Source: Thermodesulfobacteriota bacterium
GTDB lineage: Bacteria > Desulfobacterota > Desulfobulbia > Desulfobulbales > SURF-16
Reading direction: 5' to 3'
Assembly: GCA_039715015.1 (NCBI GenBank)
Contig: JBDLIE010000005.1
Coordinates: 5,575-69,574 of the forward strand
DNA: 64,000 nt
The notes under the pieces are model-generated. The model made no database searches. It was not told the DNA's origin and saw only the letters and a program-made list of their open reading frames with translations. Both the position numbers and the translations under genes were made by a program. Shown here in pieces: positions 44,105-52,045 of the stretch (position 1 is the first letter of the stretch; every line of letters begins with the position of its first letter).

Positions 44105-45104
44105 CCCATGGAGTCTAGCCCTGTGTCTGCTTAGCGGACTCAGTATCTTTTTGATTGGGGTGGCCTGTAAAACGGCGATCAGGGTCATCCGCCAGTGGAA
44201 CCCGGCCGCTGATAGCCAACAACAGATTGAGCTTGAATCGGAGATTTGGCTGTCATCCACCCTGGTCCAGTATGGGCTTGGCTTTCAGATTATTTCCATG
44301 TTTCTCTACGTTCTGGCTGCAGATTCTTTTGCCCAGATGCTTTCCGGGGCCATGTGTGCCACCGGGTCTCTGCTGGCCAACGATTATGGCATTCCGCTTC
44401 TTGTTGTCAAAATTGCCGGCATGTTCCTGTACGGCTTGTGGATTGTTCTTCATCAGCTCGATATCAGCAGTGAGGAGTATCCTTTAGTACGGGTTAAATA
44501 TGTCCTCCTTCTTTTTTTGCTGCCGCTGCTTGTCAGTGACACAGTCCTGTTGATTCTCTACCTGGCTGGATTGGAACCAGATATCATTACATCGTGCTGT
44601 GCAATTATTTTTGATGAAGGGGCCGGGGGCACGGTTCAGAATCTTTTCGGTGGACGGGGAGGGGAGGGGAGTTTGGCCTTTTATTACGGCTGGGCGATGC
44701 TTCTTTTCTGTCTTGGTTTTCTTGCCTGGTGGTGGCAGAAATTGGCCGCTTATCTTATCTACGGGATTGGTGTTGCCTTTTTTGGTGTTCTGGCACTGGA
44801 GACTCTCATCACTGTATTTTCATCGTATATATACGCCATGCCCTTCCATAATTGCCCTTTTTGCATACTGAAGAAAGAGTATGGATATATTGGTTTTTTT
44901 ATCTACATCCCCCTCTTTGTTGCTGTTTTCTGTGGCATCACTCCCATGCTTCTTGAGCCGTGTAAAAGAAAGAGTTCCATTGCCAGTACAGTAGCAACCA
45001 TGCAGAAAAAACTTGTGGTTGTCTCCCTGGCCTCTCTGGCATTTTATGTCACCCTCTCGTCCTATCATTATCTTGCCTATACCCTGTTGGGAGGGGAGGG
45101 GTAG
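44094..45104 (+). CDS. polytopic membrane protein with CC and CPFC motifs, unknown function
   Basis: About 8 or more hydrophobic segments. IITSCCAIIFDEG and PFHNCPFCILK. Overlaps the ATPase stop. Confidence 0.55.
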   Translation: MFLNPWSLALCLLSGLSIFLIGVACKTAIRVIRQWNPAADSQQQIELESEIWLSSTLVQYGLGFQIISMFLYVLAADSFAQMLSGAMCATGSLLANDYGIPLLVVKIAGMFLYGLWIVLHQLDISSEEYPLVRVKYVLLLFLLPLLVSDTVLLILYLAGLEPDIITSCCAIIFDEGAGGTVQNLFGGRGGEGSLAFYYGWAMLLFCLGFLAWWWQKLAAYLIYGIGVAFFGVLALETLITVFSSYIYAMPFHNCPFCILKKEYGYIGFFIYIPLFVAVFCGITPMLLEPCKRKSSIASTVATMQKKLVVVSLASLAFYVTLSSYHYLAYTLLGGEG

Positions 45105-45156
45105 GCGAGGCTAAAGGGCTGGCTGTAAAGACGATGAGTACTTGGGGTACCAAGTA

Positions 45157-45684
45157 TCAGAGGGTGGGGGGGAATTTTTGGAGTTTGCGCTGCAGGGTGC
45201 GGCGATGAATACCCAGCTTCTTAGCGGCCTGTGAAATATTATTGTTGCAGTCGCTTAAAACACGGCTGATATGCTCCCACTCAACCCGGGCAAGGGATGG
45301 AGCACTGATGCTGTCATCTTCCATTTCACGGAGATCTTCCGATTCAAAGGCAGCTATAATATCTTCAACTTCAGCAGGTTTGGTGAGATAGCCGATTGCT
45401 CCAAGCTTAATCGCCTTGGTGGCTGTGGCAATGGAGCCATAACCCGTCAAAACTACGGCTCGTAGATCGGGGTGGTGCCGCATGCCAGTCCGGATGACGT
45501 CAAGTCCTGACTTCCCTTCCATCTTGAGATCCACAACGGCAAAGGCGGGCTTGTGTCGCGCAATGATCTCCACAGCCCCGATGTAGTTACTCGCAGTCTC
45601 TACGTCGAAGCCACGGCGCTCTAGGGCCTTGGATAAACGGTTCCGGAAAATATCCTCGTCATCAACAAGTAAAATGGTCGGCAT
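45157..45684 (-). CDS. regA: RegA/ActR/PrrA-type response regulator (REC plus Fis-type HTH, no AAA+ domain)
   Basis: REC (ILLVDDE...AVVDLKMEGKSG...K). The C-terminal ISQAAKKLGIHRRTLQRKLQK closely resembles the conserved RegA HTH (..RRLNMHRRTLQRIL..). Confidence 0.8.
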   Translation of the reverse strand: MPTILLVDDEDIFRNRLSKALERRGFDVETASNYIGAVEIIARHKPAFAVVDLKMEGKSGLDVIRTGMRHHPDLRAVVLTGYGSIATATKAIKLGAIGYLTKPAEVEDIIAAFESEDLREMEDDSISAPSLARVEWEHISRVLSDCNNNISQAAKKLGIHRRTLQRKLQKFPPTL

Positions 45685-45689
45685 GGTTC

Positions 45690-47045
45690 TTACACCTCCA
45701 AATCAGAGTCTGTTTGGGTGGCTAATGATTTGCTGAAAGAGATAGTTATAGTTGTTCCTGTGTCTTCATGGCTTTCAATATCGAGGGCCCCTTCGAGCTG
45801 GGTTGCCAACGATTTTGCCAGAAAAAGGCCAAGTCCCATACCCTTGCCAACAGGTTTTGTGGTGAAGAAAGGGTCTGTCGCCTGTTCAGCAACTTCTTGT
45901 GACATACCACAACCTTGATCAGTTACTATGAAATAAATGTACTCGCCATCCTCTTTACATTCAAGGGTGATTTCTCCGTCAGGCGGGCTTGCATCTGCTG
46001 CATTGGATAACAGGCCCTTTAATGACCAAGAGACAGCATGAGAGGGGACATGGAGTTGTTTGCTTGGAAGCATATTGTTTACAACAAGGTTTTGAGAGAT
46101 ATTGCCAAGCAATTCTCGAGCGCTTTCGATGAGTTCATCAGTGGTACTGGGAGTATGTTTTTCCCCTTGGATAGCGCCGGCATCTGCAGACATTTGAAAG
46201 AGGATCTTTTTGCAACGGTTGGTTTGTTCCCGAATGAGCTGGGCGTCATCTAAGAGATCTTTGTCATAGATTTCATTCTCACAATGATAGACCATTTCCC
46301 CTGATGCCAGACCAATGGTGGCGAGGGGGGTGGAGAGTTCATGGGCAGCCCCTGCAGCCAGGGTGGCAAGAGCGCTAAGCTTGTCGTTTTGCAGCTTTTC
46401 CTGGCGCAGCTTGGCAATGGTACGATGATAGTCCCTGAGGGATTGTTGGATGCGTGAAGCGAAAAAGGTGATCAAAACGGCACTAACAGCATAGGCAAAC
46501 CACATACCCTGTAGATGAAGATCCATATTAAAATTAGTGATATTGCAAACCTGCTGAACCTCCTGACTTGCCCCAGCTCCACTTTGTTTGAGAAGTGAGG
46601 GCAGAAACATGCCCCCATAAGAAAGAATTGTAGAGATGGAAAGGCCCCAGGCAAGAAGAGATGATAACAAGATGGCGCCAAGGGTGATATGGACCAGATA
46701 GATAAAGGTAAATGGGTTCATTGTGCCGCCAGTAATATAGAGCAACCCTGTGAGAAGGATTATGTCGCCATATAAAGTCAGAGGCAGAAGATATTCAGGT
46801 GGTGGCTTTTGGTGGCTGTGAAGACGAAGAGCAAGGGCGGTGTTGGTAATAATTTCAACAATAATTACAGTACTGACGGCAAAGATAGGAAGGTCAAGAT
46901 GGAAAAAGAATGAACCAATGGCAATGGTGAGAATCTGGCCAGCAACGGCCCACCATCGCAATTTGACTAACCAGTTAAGGCCAATACTCCGCGTATCATG
47001 GAGATTTTGTTGTGATTCTAAGCTGGTAAAAAGTGAGTGATGCAT
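45690..47045 (-). CDS. regB: RegB/ActS/PrrB-type redox sensor histidine kinase
   Basis: Multi-TM N-terminus containing GGTMNPF (the RegB quinone-site GGxxNPF motif), H-box AAHELSTPLATI, a downstream Cys in QTNRCKKIL (redox-box-like), and HATPase DQGCGM, GKGMGLGL. Confidence 0.8.
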   Translation of the reverse strand: MHHSLFTSLESQQNLHDTRSIGLNWLVKLRWWAVAGQILTIAIGSFFFHLDLPIFAVSTVIIVEIITNTALALRLHSHQKPPPEYLLPLTLYGDIILLTGLLYITGGTMNPFTFIYLVHITLGAILLSSLLAWGLSISTILSYGGMFLPSLLKQSGAGASQEVQQVCNITNFNMDLHLQGMWFAYAVSAVLITFFASRIQQSLRDYHRTIAKLRQEKLQNDKLSALATLAAGAAHELSTPLATIGLASGEMVYHCENEIYDKDLLDDAQLIREQTNRCKKILFQMSADAGAIQGEKHTPSTTDELIESARELLGNISQNLVVNNMLPSKQLHVPSHAVSWSLKGLLSNAADASPPDGEITLECKEDGEYIYFIVTDQGCGMSQEVAEQATDPFFTTKPVGKGMGLGLFLAKSLATQLEGALDIESHEDTGTTITISFSKSLATQTDSDLEV

Positions 47046-47177
47046 TTGGTGTTGATTTAATAATTAATAGAAAAAATGCTCTTAATTAAAACACGTTAGC
47101 ATATCAATTTTATGGCTGCTAGGTATTTGAAAAAAGGCTTTGGCATAGCTTGGTGAAAAGGGAAAAAACAGGCCTAT

Positions 47178-47192
47178 GCGACAATTTGCCAC
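47178..47192. promoter_or_regulatory. GCGACAATTTGCCAC box upstream of regB
   Basis: Identical 15-mer at 57107-57121. Lies 133 nt upstream of the regB start codon. Confidence 0.6.
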
Positions 47193-47309
47193 ATTTTTCC
47201 GGTCGGCAACTTGTGTTCATGTGAATCCTTTACATATTTCTGATGAGCGAACCCAAGTAAACATTGAATATTTACCCTTTTATCCTTCTGCTTGTTATGT
47301 TGAGACACC

Positions 47310-47627
47310 TTAAACAGCATCATCGTCGATAAAACCCGCGAATATTTTTGCAAGCATGGGTTTGACATAACAACCAATGAATTCCCTGATCATCTTGTTG
47401 TTGAGCTTGACTTCATCGCCTCGCCTGAGGATGAAAAAGAGGCCAGCAGCGAAGAATTTCTGCGCATCTATTTCCGGCCTTGGTTTGGTCAATTTCGCAA
47501 CCTTGTTTGTAAAGAAGTTGAGGTTCGCGATATTAAAGCGGCTGTGGAGGGGGTAGATTTTTTCACGAGCAATGAGACTGACGCGGACTCGGACCAGGCC
47601 GCTTAAGATTAGAGCCCTAGAAGGCAT
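47310..47627 (-). CDS. orphan 105-aa ORF, possible gene remnant
   Basis: ORF only. No motif recognised. Sits in an 870-bp otherwise non-coding gap. Confidence 0.2.
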   Translation of the reverse strand: MPSRALILSGLVRVRVSLIAREKIYPLHSRFNIANLNFFTNKVAKLTKPRPEIDAQKFFAAGLFFILRRGDEVKLNNKMIREFIGCYVKPMLAKIFAGFIDDDAV

Positions 47628-47714
47628 ATTTTTTTATGGTCTTCATCCATTTGGACACTTTGAATTAGTCCTACTCCGCGCCGCCGCACACCCTTGCGGC
47701 TGTCAATGAAATCT

Positions 47715-47724
47715 CCCCCCCCCC
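47715..47724. repeat. homopolymeric C10 tract
   Basis: Read directly (atctcccccccccccttc). About 195 nt upstream of the TonB-dependent receptor start. Confidence 0.9.
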
Positions 47725-47803
47725 TTCACCTGCCGCGGGAAACACTCCCCTTTGCGGGGCGAGAATAGAAGCCCCTTCCCAGCCTGCGACACTTCACCAA
47801 TCT

Positions 47804-47818
47804 GCGACAATTCGCCAT
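47804..47818. promoter_or_regulatory. GCGACAATTCGCCAT box, preceded by weaker GCGACACTTCACCAA at 47786-47800
   Basis: Same half-site and spacing as the other boxes. About 100 nt upstream of the receptor start. Confidence 0.5.
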
Positions 47819-47917
47819 ATTGATAAAAATTGTATCGGTGGTGTTAACTATTCCTAGAGATTTTCAAGTCTCTGAAATGAATCTTATTTTTTAACTTTAA
47901 CAAGAGAGTACTGAGGC

Positions 47918-50014
47918 ATGATTCTGCGATGCAATGAACGTACTTTATTGCGCGCTGCCCTGGTTACCGGGACAGCGGCATTCTTTGTTTTGCCGCAACA
48001 GGTTTTTGCGGCTGAAGACCAGGTTGTCGAACTCAGTGACGTTGTTATCACGGCCTCCAGGATCAGTCAGCAGGTTAAGGATGCCCCGGTTGCCATCAGT
48101 ATTGTTTCCGAACAGGAACTGGACAAAATAAAGGCCAGGAATCCGCAAGAGTTTCTTTCCAGGGTCCCAGGTGTCAACTCCAGTAACTTTGGCGGTGAAT
48201 CAGAGCTTACCTCCATCAGGATACCAACCCATTTCACCAATCCATATACCGTTGTGTTGGTTGATGGCGTGCAGTATGGCAGCTATGGTTCCGGTAGCTC
48301 GAGCCAGTTTCGGGAGATTAACCTCAACAACATCGCACGTATCGAGGTGATCAAAGGGCCTGCCTCAGCTCTGTATGGCAGTAACGCCATCGGCGGTGTC
48401 ATTAACGTGATCACCAAGGAGCCTTCAGCTTTCCCCCAGGCCAGGATCTGGTCGGAACTGGGAGATTACAGGCAATGGCGGGCCGGCGTCTCCGGCAGTG
48501 GCGGATTTGATAAACTCAGCTATTTTATCGACGCCAATCACACCGATACGGAAGCTGCCCGGGAGCATAGTGGTGTTGATAAGCAGTCTGGCTCCGTGAA
48601 GTTGAACTATACCGCCACTGATGTGTCATTGCTGACCTTTAAAATAGACTATGTCACTGTCGAGAATGACTCCCCAGGCTCTATTAACCAGGATGATTTC
48701 GAAGAAGACTGGCTGCAGAGTTATCATAATTTTGCCTACAACAAGTCAGACAGGGTGGCACCTGCCCTCTCCTATGTCCATTATCTTGATGCTGCTGAGA
48801 TGCGGGCAATTTTTGTCTTACGGGACACTGAGGAGGAAACCATACCTAACTACAGCATTCGCCAGCTGACCTTTGGCCCATTTCCACGCCCCTATATTGG
48901 CAGTTATACAGAGGATGACAGTCTCGATATGAGCCTGCAGCTCTTATATAGTCACGACCTCTCCCTTTGGCGCAGCAAGGTAATTGTCGGCCTTGATACG
49001 GAGTATGGCAGCAAATATTCAAAGACCTATGACCTTTCGGTATCCTATGACAGCGCTCTCAACAAATATGAGAGCTATACCTTAGGGGACCTCGACAAGT
49101 CCTATGATATGACAACCAAGGTGGCAGCGCCATATCTGCAGCTCGAGAGTTCCCCTTGGAAAAAGCTGCGCATAACTGTCGGCGCCCGCTATGACTCGGC
49201 CCGGTATGAAGTTGAAGATCAATTGAGCAACAGCATTGAAAACAAGCGGGGGTTTGCCAAGACCAGCCCCAAAGCCGGTGTTACCTATGATATTAATGCC
49301 AACCTCAACACCTATGTCAGTTACTCAAAGGGCTTTGTTGTGCCCACCACTAGTCAGCTGTGGACCTCGCGCTATGACAACGCCGATCTGGATCCTGAAA
49401 ATGCCGAAAATTATGAGGTCGGTCTGCGCAGCAGCTTTATGAACAGACGTCTTAGGCTCGACATCTCTGTTTATGATATGACTATCACAGATAAGATCGT
49501 TATCAACAACACCCCGGCGCCGAATACCCGCTACATAAATGCGGGTAAGAGCTCACAGAAAGGCATCGAGGTAATGACCTCTTACGCGCCGCTGGAAAGC
49601 GTTCAGTTGAGTGTTGCCTACACATATGCCCGCAACAAGTATGAATCTTATAGTGATCAGGGTGTCGATTATAGCGGCAACTGGCAACCGCGCTCCCCTA
49701 AACATCACCTCAACGCCCGCCTGTCTGTATTCCCAGTCGACGGTGTAGAGGTCGAGCTGGAAATGGATGAGGTCAGCAGCCAGTTTGCTGACGACGCCAA
49801 CCTTTTTGAGTACACCAGGCCTACCCTTTTTAACCTCCGCGCCTCATACTACTGGAAGCGCTTCACTTTCTGGGGCCATATCCTGAATCTTACCGATAAG
49901 GAGCATGCAAACTATATGAGCTATAGTACCTCGGAAGACACCATGACCCTCTTTCCTGGTATTGCCAGAACGGCATTTGTCGGCCTTTCCTATCGGTTCG
50001 GAGGAGACAAGTAG
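47918..50014 (+). CDS. TonB-dependent outer-membrane receptor
   Basis: Signal peptide, TonB-box/plug region (VVELSDVVITASR...DAPVAISIV...RVPGV...IEVIKGPASALYGSNAIGGVINVITK), and a long beta-barrel ending ..GLSYRF.... Confidence 0.9.
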   Translation: MILRCNERTLLRAALVTGTAAFFVLPQQVFAAEDQVVELSDVVITASRISQQVKDAPVAISIVSEQELDKIKARNPQEFLSRVPGVNSSNFGGESELTSIRIPTHFTNPYTVVLVDGVQYGSYGSGSSSQFREINLNNIARIEVIKGPASALYGSNAIGGVINVITKEPSAFPQARIWSELGDYRQWRAGVSGSGGFDKLSYFIDANHTDTEAAREHSGVDKQSGSVKLNYTATDVSLLTFKIDYVTVENDSPGSINQDDFEEDWLQSYHNFAYNKSDRVAPALSYVHYLDAAEMRAIFVLRDTEEETIPNYSIRQLTFGPFPRPYIGSYTEDDSLDMSLQLLYSHDLSLWRSKVIVGLDTEYGSKYSKTYDLSVSYDSALNKYESYTLGDLDKSYDMTTKVAAPYLQLESSPWKKLRITVGARYDSARYEVEDQLSNSIENKRGFAKTSPKAGVTYDINANLNTYVSYSKGFVVPTTSQLWTSRYDNADLDPENAENYEVGLRSSFMNRRLRLDISVYDMTITDKIVINNTPAPNTRYINAGKSSQKGIEVMTSYAPLESVQLSVAYTYARNKYESYSDQGVDYSGNWQPRSPKHHLNARLSVFPVDGVEVELEMDEVSSQFADDANLFEYTRPTLFNLRASYYWKRFTFWGHILNLTDKEHANYMSYSTSEDTMTLFPGIARTAFVGLSYRFGGDK

Positions 50015-51066
50015 TGCCTTCTTTTTCAGGTGGTATACCGGGGCTTAAGGGCTCGGTCTGTTTTCTGACTTCAGTTATGCCGTTTCTTTTGCTGGGCGTT
50101 GCGACAGTGACTGAGGCGCAAGGGCTTCCCCCTTTGCGCCTCGCCCTTTCGCCCACTGCCCCTGTCGGTGAAGAATGCCTAGCGCATGGTCAAGGCGGCC
50201 CTGCCAAGGGCGGCAAGGCTGTAGATGACCGGCGGCCGGTACTTGAGTCAGAGCATAGACCACTGCCTGTCCGCACCTACCACTTCAACGCTCATCGTCG
50301 CTTGGCCGATGTAAAGGCCTATGTCCGGCATCCCGATGGCACAGTAGATGTGCCTGAACTTCGCCTGGGGGCCAATCCGCAACTTACTTTTAAAACACCC
50401 TTTGGCGATGGCCCCAATCATGGGGCACACAATGTCTATGTTGTCGAGCAGGGCGTTGAGGGAGATGTCCTGGTTGTCCGCACCGCAAAATGGATTGTCA
50501 TGCACCATAGCTGCGGTTGGGGACATGATCAAAAATTTAATGAGCAGCTCACCCAACCTCAACCTCTTGAGTCCATTCCCATGGAAATTCTGATCTCAGA
50601 CCTTTGGGACGGCAATTTCCACTTCCGGGTGACCACAGGTCAAAAACTTTCAATAACAGTGCTGCGGAATGGTCACCCCCTTGCCAAAGCCCGGGTAAGC
50701 GTGAGGAGTGAGCAAGGCTGGGTCAAAGAGGTAGATGCAGATAAAGATGGTGTCGCCACCTTTCAGCTGATCAGGGATTATTACCCCACCAGATGGCAGG
50801 AGTTTCACCGCACCCGGCGGGGCGAGTTTTTGGCCACGGCAACCTACGAGGCAGAGGAGCACGGCGAATATAAAGGGATACCGTATGGGCGTGTGCGCTA
50901 TATCACAACCCACCCCTGGACCTATGGCCCTTCAAGCTGGGACTATGCCTCCTATTCGATGGGTTTGCTGATCGCCGTCATTGCCATGGCCCTTACCGGT
51001 GGCGGTGTATTTATCTATCGTGAACGGCGCAAAAAGCCTTATCAGGAGATTGTTTTTGAAGAGTAA
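50014..51066 (+). CDS. DUF4198-like periplasmic protein with C-terminal membrane anchor
   Basis: The transthyretin-like segment GQKLSITVLRNGHPLAKARVSVRSEQGWVKEVDADKDGVATFQL is typical of DUF4198/NikK-like proteins. C-terminal TM MGLLIAVIAMALTGGGVFIY. An alternative ATG lies at 50077. Confidence 0.5.
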   Translation: MPSFSGGIPGLKGSVCFLTSVMPFLLLGVATVTEAQGLPPLRLALSPTAPVGEECLAHGQGGPAKGGKAVDDRRPVLESEHRPLPVRTYHFNAHRRLADVKAYVRHPDGTVDVPELRLGANPQLTFKTPFGDGPNHGAHNVYVVEQGVEGDVLVVRTAKWIVMHHSCGWGHDQKFNEQLTQPQPLESIPMEILISDLWDGNFHFRVTTGQKLSITVLRNGHPLAKARVSVRSEQGWVKEVDADKDGVATFQLIRDYYPTRWQEFHRTRRGEFLATATYEAEEHGEYKGIPYGRVRYITTHPWTYGPSSWDYASYSMGLLIAVIAMALTGGGVFIYRERRKKPYQEIVFEE

Positions 51067-52045
51067 ACTGCAGACCGCCATCAATAACTGTAATGTCAGC
51101 CGCTTTCGGTTTTACGTGCAGATCTTCAGCTTTGCACTCCTCGTTTATGGTGGATACCTGGCCATAAATATTGGCGACCAGTTGCCAACCTTTGCGTGTG
51201 TGTTCGATCAAATGAGGGGAGGGGCCTGCTACCTCATGGGCCTGCAGCATCAGATGACCACCCCCTTCAAGAGCTATTTCAGCGGCCGGGGCATTGGTAT
51301 GCTGACTGGGCTGCTGACTTTTTTTCTCTTTTTTATCGCCCTCAACAAGGCCTGGTGCGGTTTTGTTTGCCCCCTTGGCACCCTTCAGGACTGGCTGAGC
51401 AGCCTGCGCCGTAAATTCGGGATCCGGTACGCAACGTACTCGGCACAGAATTTCAAGGGCCTCGGTACCATCAAGTATATCCTGCTGGCCCTGTTGATTC
51501 TTCTCCCCATGGCCATAGGCAACAGCTTTTTCGGCCTGCCCAAGCTCAATCATGATTTTGGCGTGCCGTTCTGCATGATTTGTCCGGGGAGAACCCTGCT
51601 CCCGGTTTTTCATGGTGATTTTTCGCAGTTCATCATCGATTTCAGTTCAAAGACCAAGATGGTCTTCACGGCCCTGGGTATGGCGGTGACAGGTATGTTA
51701 TTGGCCGGCGCCTTTGCGAAGAAGCGGTTCTTCTGCCTCTTTTGCCCGATGAGCGCCTTTCACTATATCTTCCACAAGGCAGGCTTGCTGCGCCTTACCA
51801 AGGATGGCAGCAAGTGCACCCGTTGCGGAAACTGTTACCGGGCCTGTGATGTTGGTATCCATGCCATCGCCGATGACTTGACCCATAAAAATATTATCAA
51901 GGATGATTGCATGATGTGCCTGAAATGCATTGAAGCATGCCCGGAGGAAGATTGCCTGAAGGCTTCTTTTTTTGCAATGCCGGTTTATGAGTCAAGCGCC
52001 CAAGGGTTTTTTAAAAGGATGCAGGGGAAATGTCATGGAAAATGA
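51056..52045 (+). CDS. NapH/MauN-like membrane polyferredoxin
   Basis: Three membrane-proximal CxxCP motifs (CGFVCPLG, FCMICPGR, CLFCPMS) plus two ferredoxin motifs (CTRCGNCYRACD, CMMCLKCIEACP). The start is uncertain: the ORF is open from 50981, and TTG 51056 avoids overlap. Confidence 0.75.
   Translation: MKSKLQTAINNCNVSRFRFYVQIFSFALLVYGGYLAINIGDQLPTFACVFDQMRGGACYLMGLQHQMTTPFKSYFSGRGIGMLTGLLTFFLFFIALNKAWCGFVCPLGTLQDWLSSLRRKFGIRYATYSAQNFKGLGTIKYILLALLILLPMAIGNSFFGLPKLNHDFGVPFCMICPGRTLLPVFHGDFSQFIIDFSSKTKMVFTALGMAVTGMLLAGAFAKKRFFCLFCPMSAFHYIFHKAGLLRLTKDGSKCTRCGNCYRACDVGIHAIADDLTHKNIIKDDCMMCLKCIEACPEEDCLKASFFAMPVYESSAQGFFKRMQGKCHGK

Noticed and set aside
47176-47194. Reading the GCGACAATTTGCCAC box on the opposite strand (TGGCAAATTGTCGC) as a sigma-54 -24/-12 promoter
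   Set aside because: The GG-to-GC spacing is one nucleotide short of the canonical TGGCAC-N5-TTGC. The palindromic version at 40099-40119 has no GG. The local regulator lacks a sigma-54 AAA+ activator domain.
47640-47917. Possible cobalamin (or other) riboswitch in the long leader of the TonB-dependent receptor
   Set aside because: I could not find the conserved B12-box or GGTG..AA.TCC-type core elements by eye. Only generic GC-rich dyads are present. A covariance-model scan (Rfam) would be needed to exclude it formally.
47918-50014. The TonB-dependent receptor as an OprC/NosA-type copper receptor supplying the NosL-linked cluster
   Set aside because: The mature protein has no Cys and I could not see a Cys/His/Met copper site like the one I recall for OprC. 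The idea remains pure speculation.
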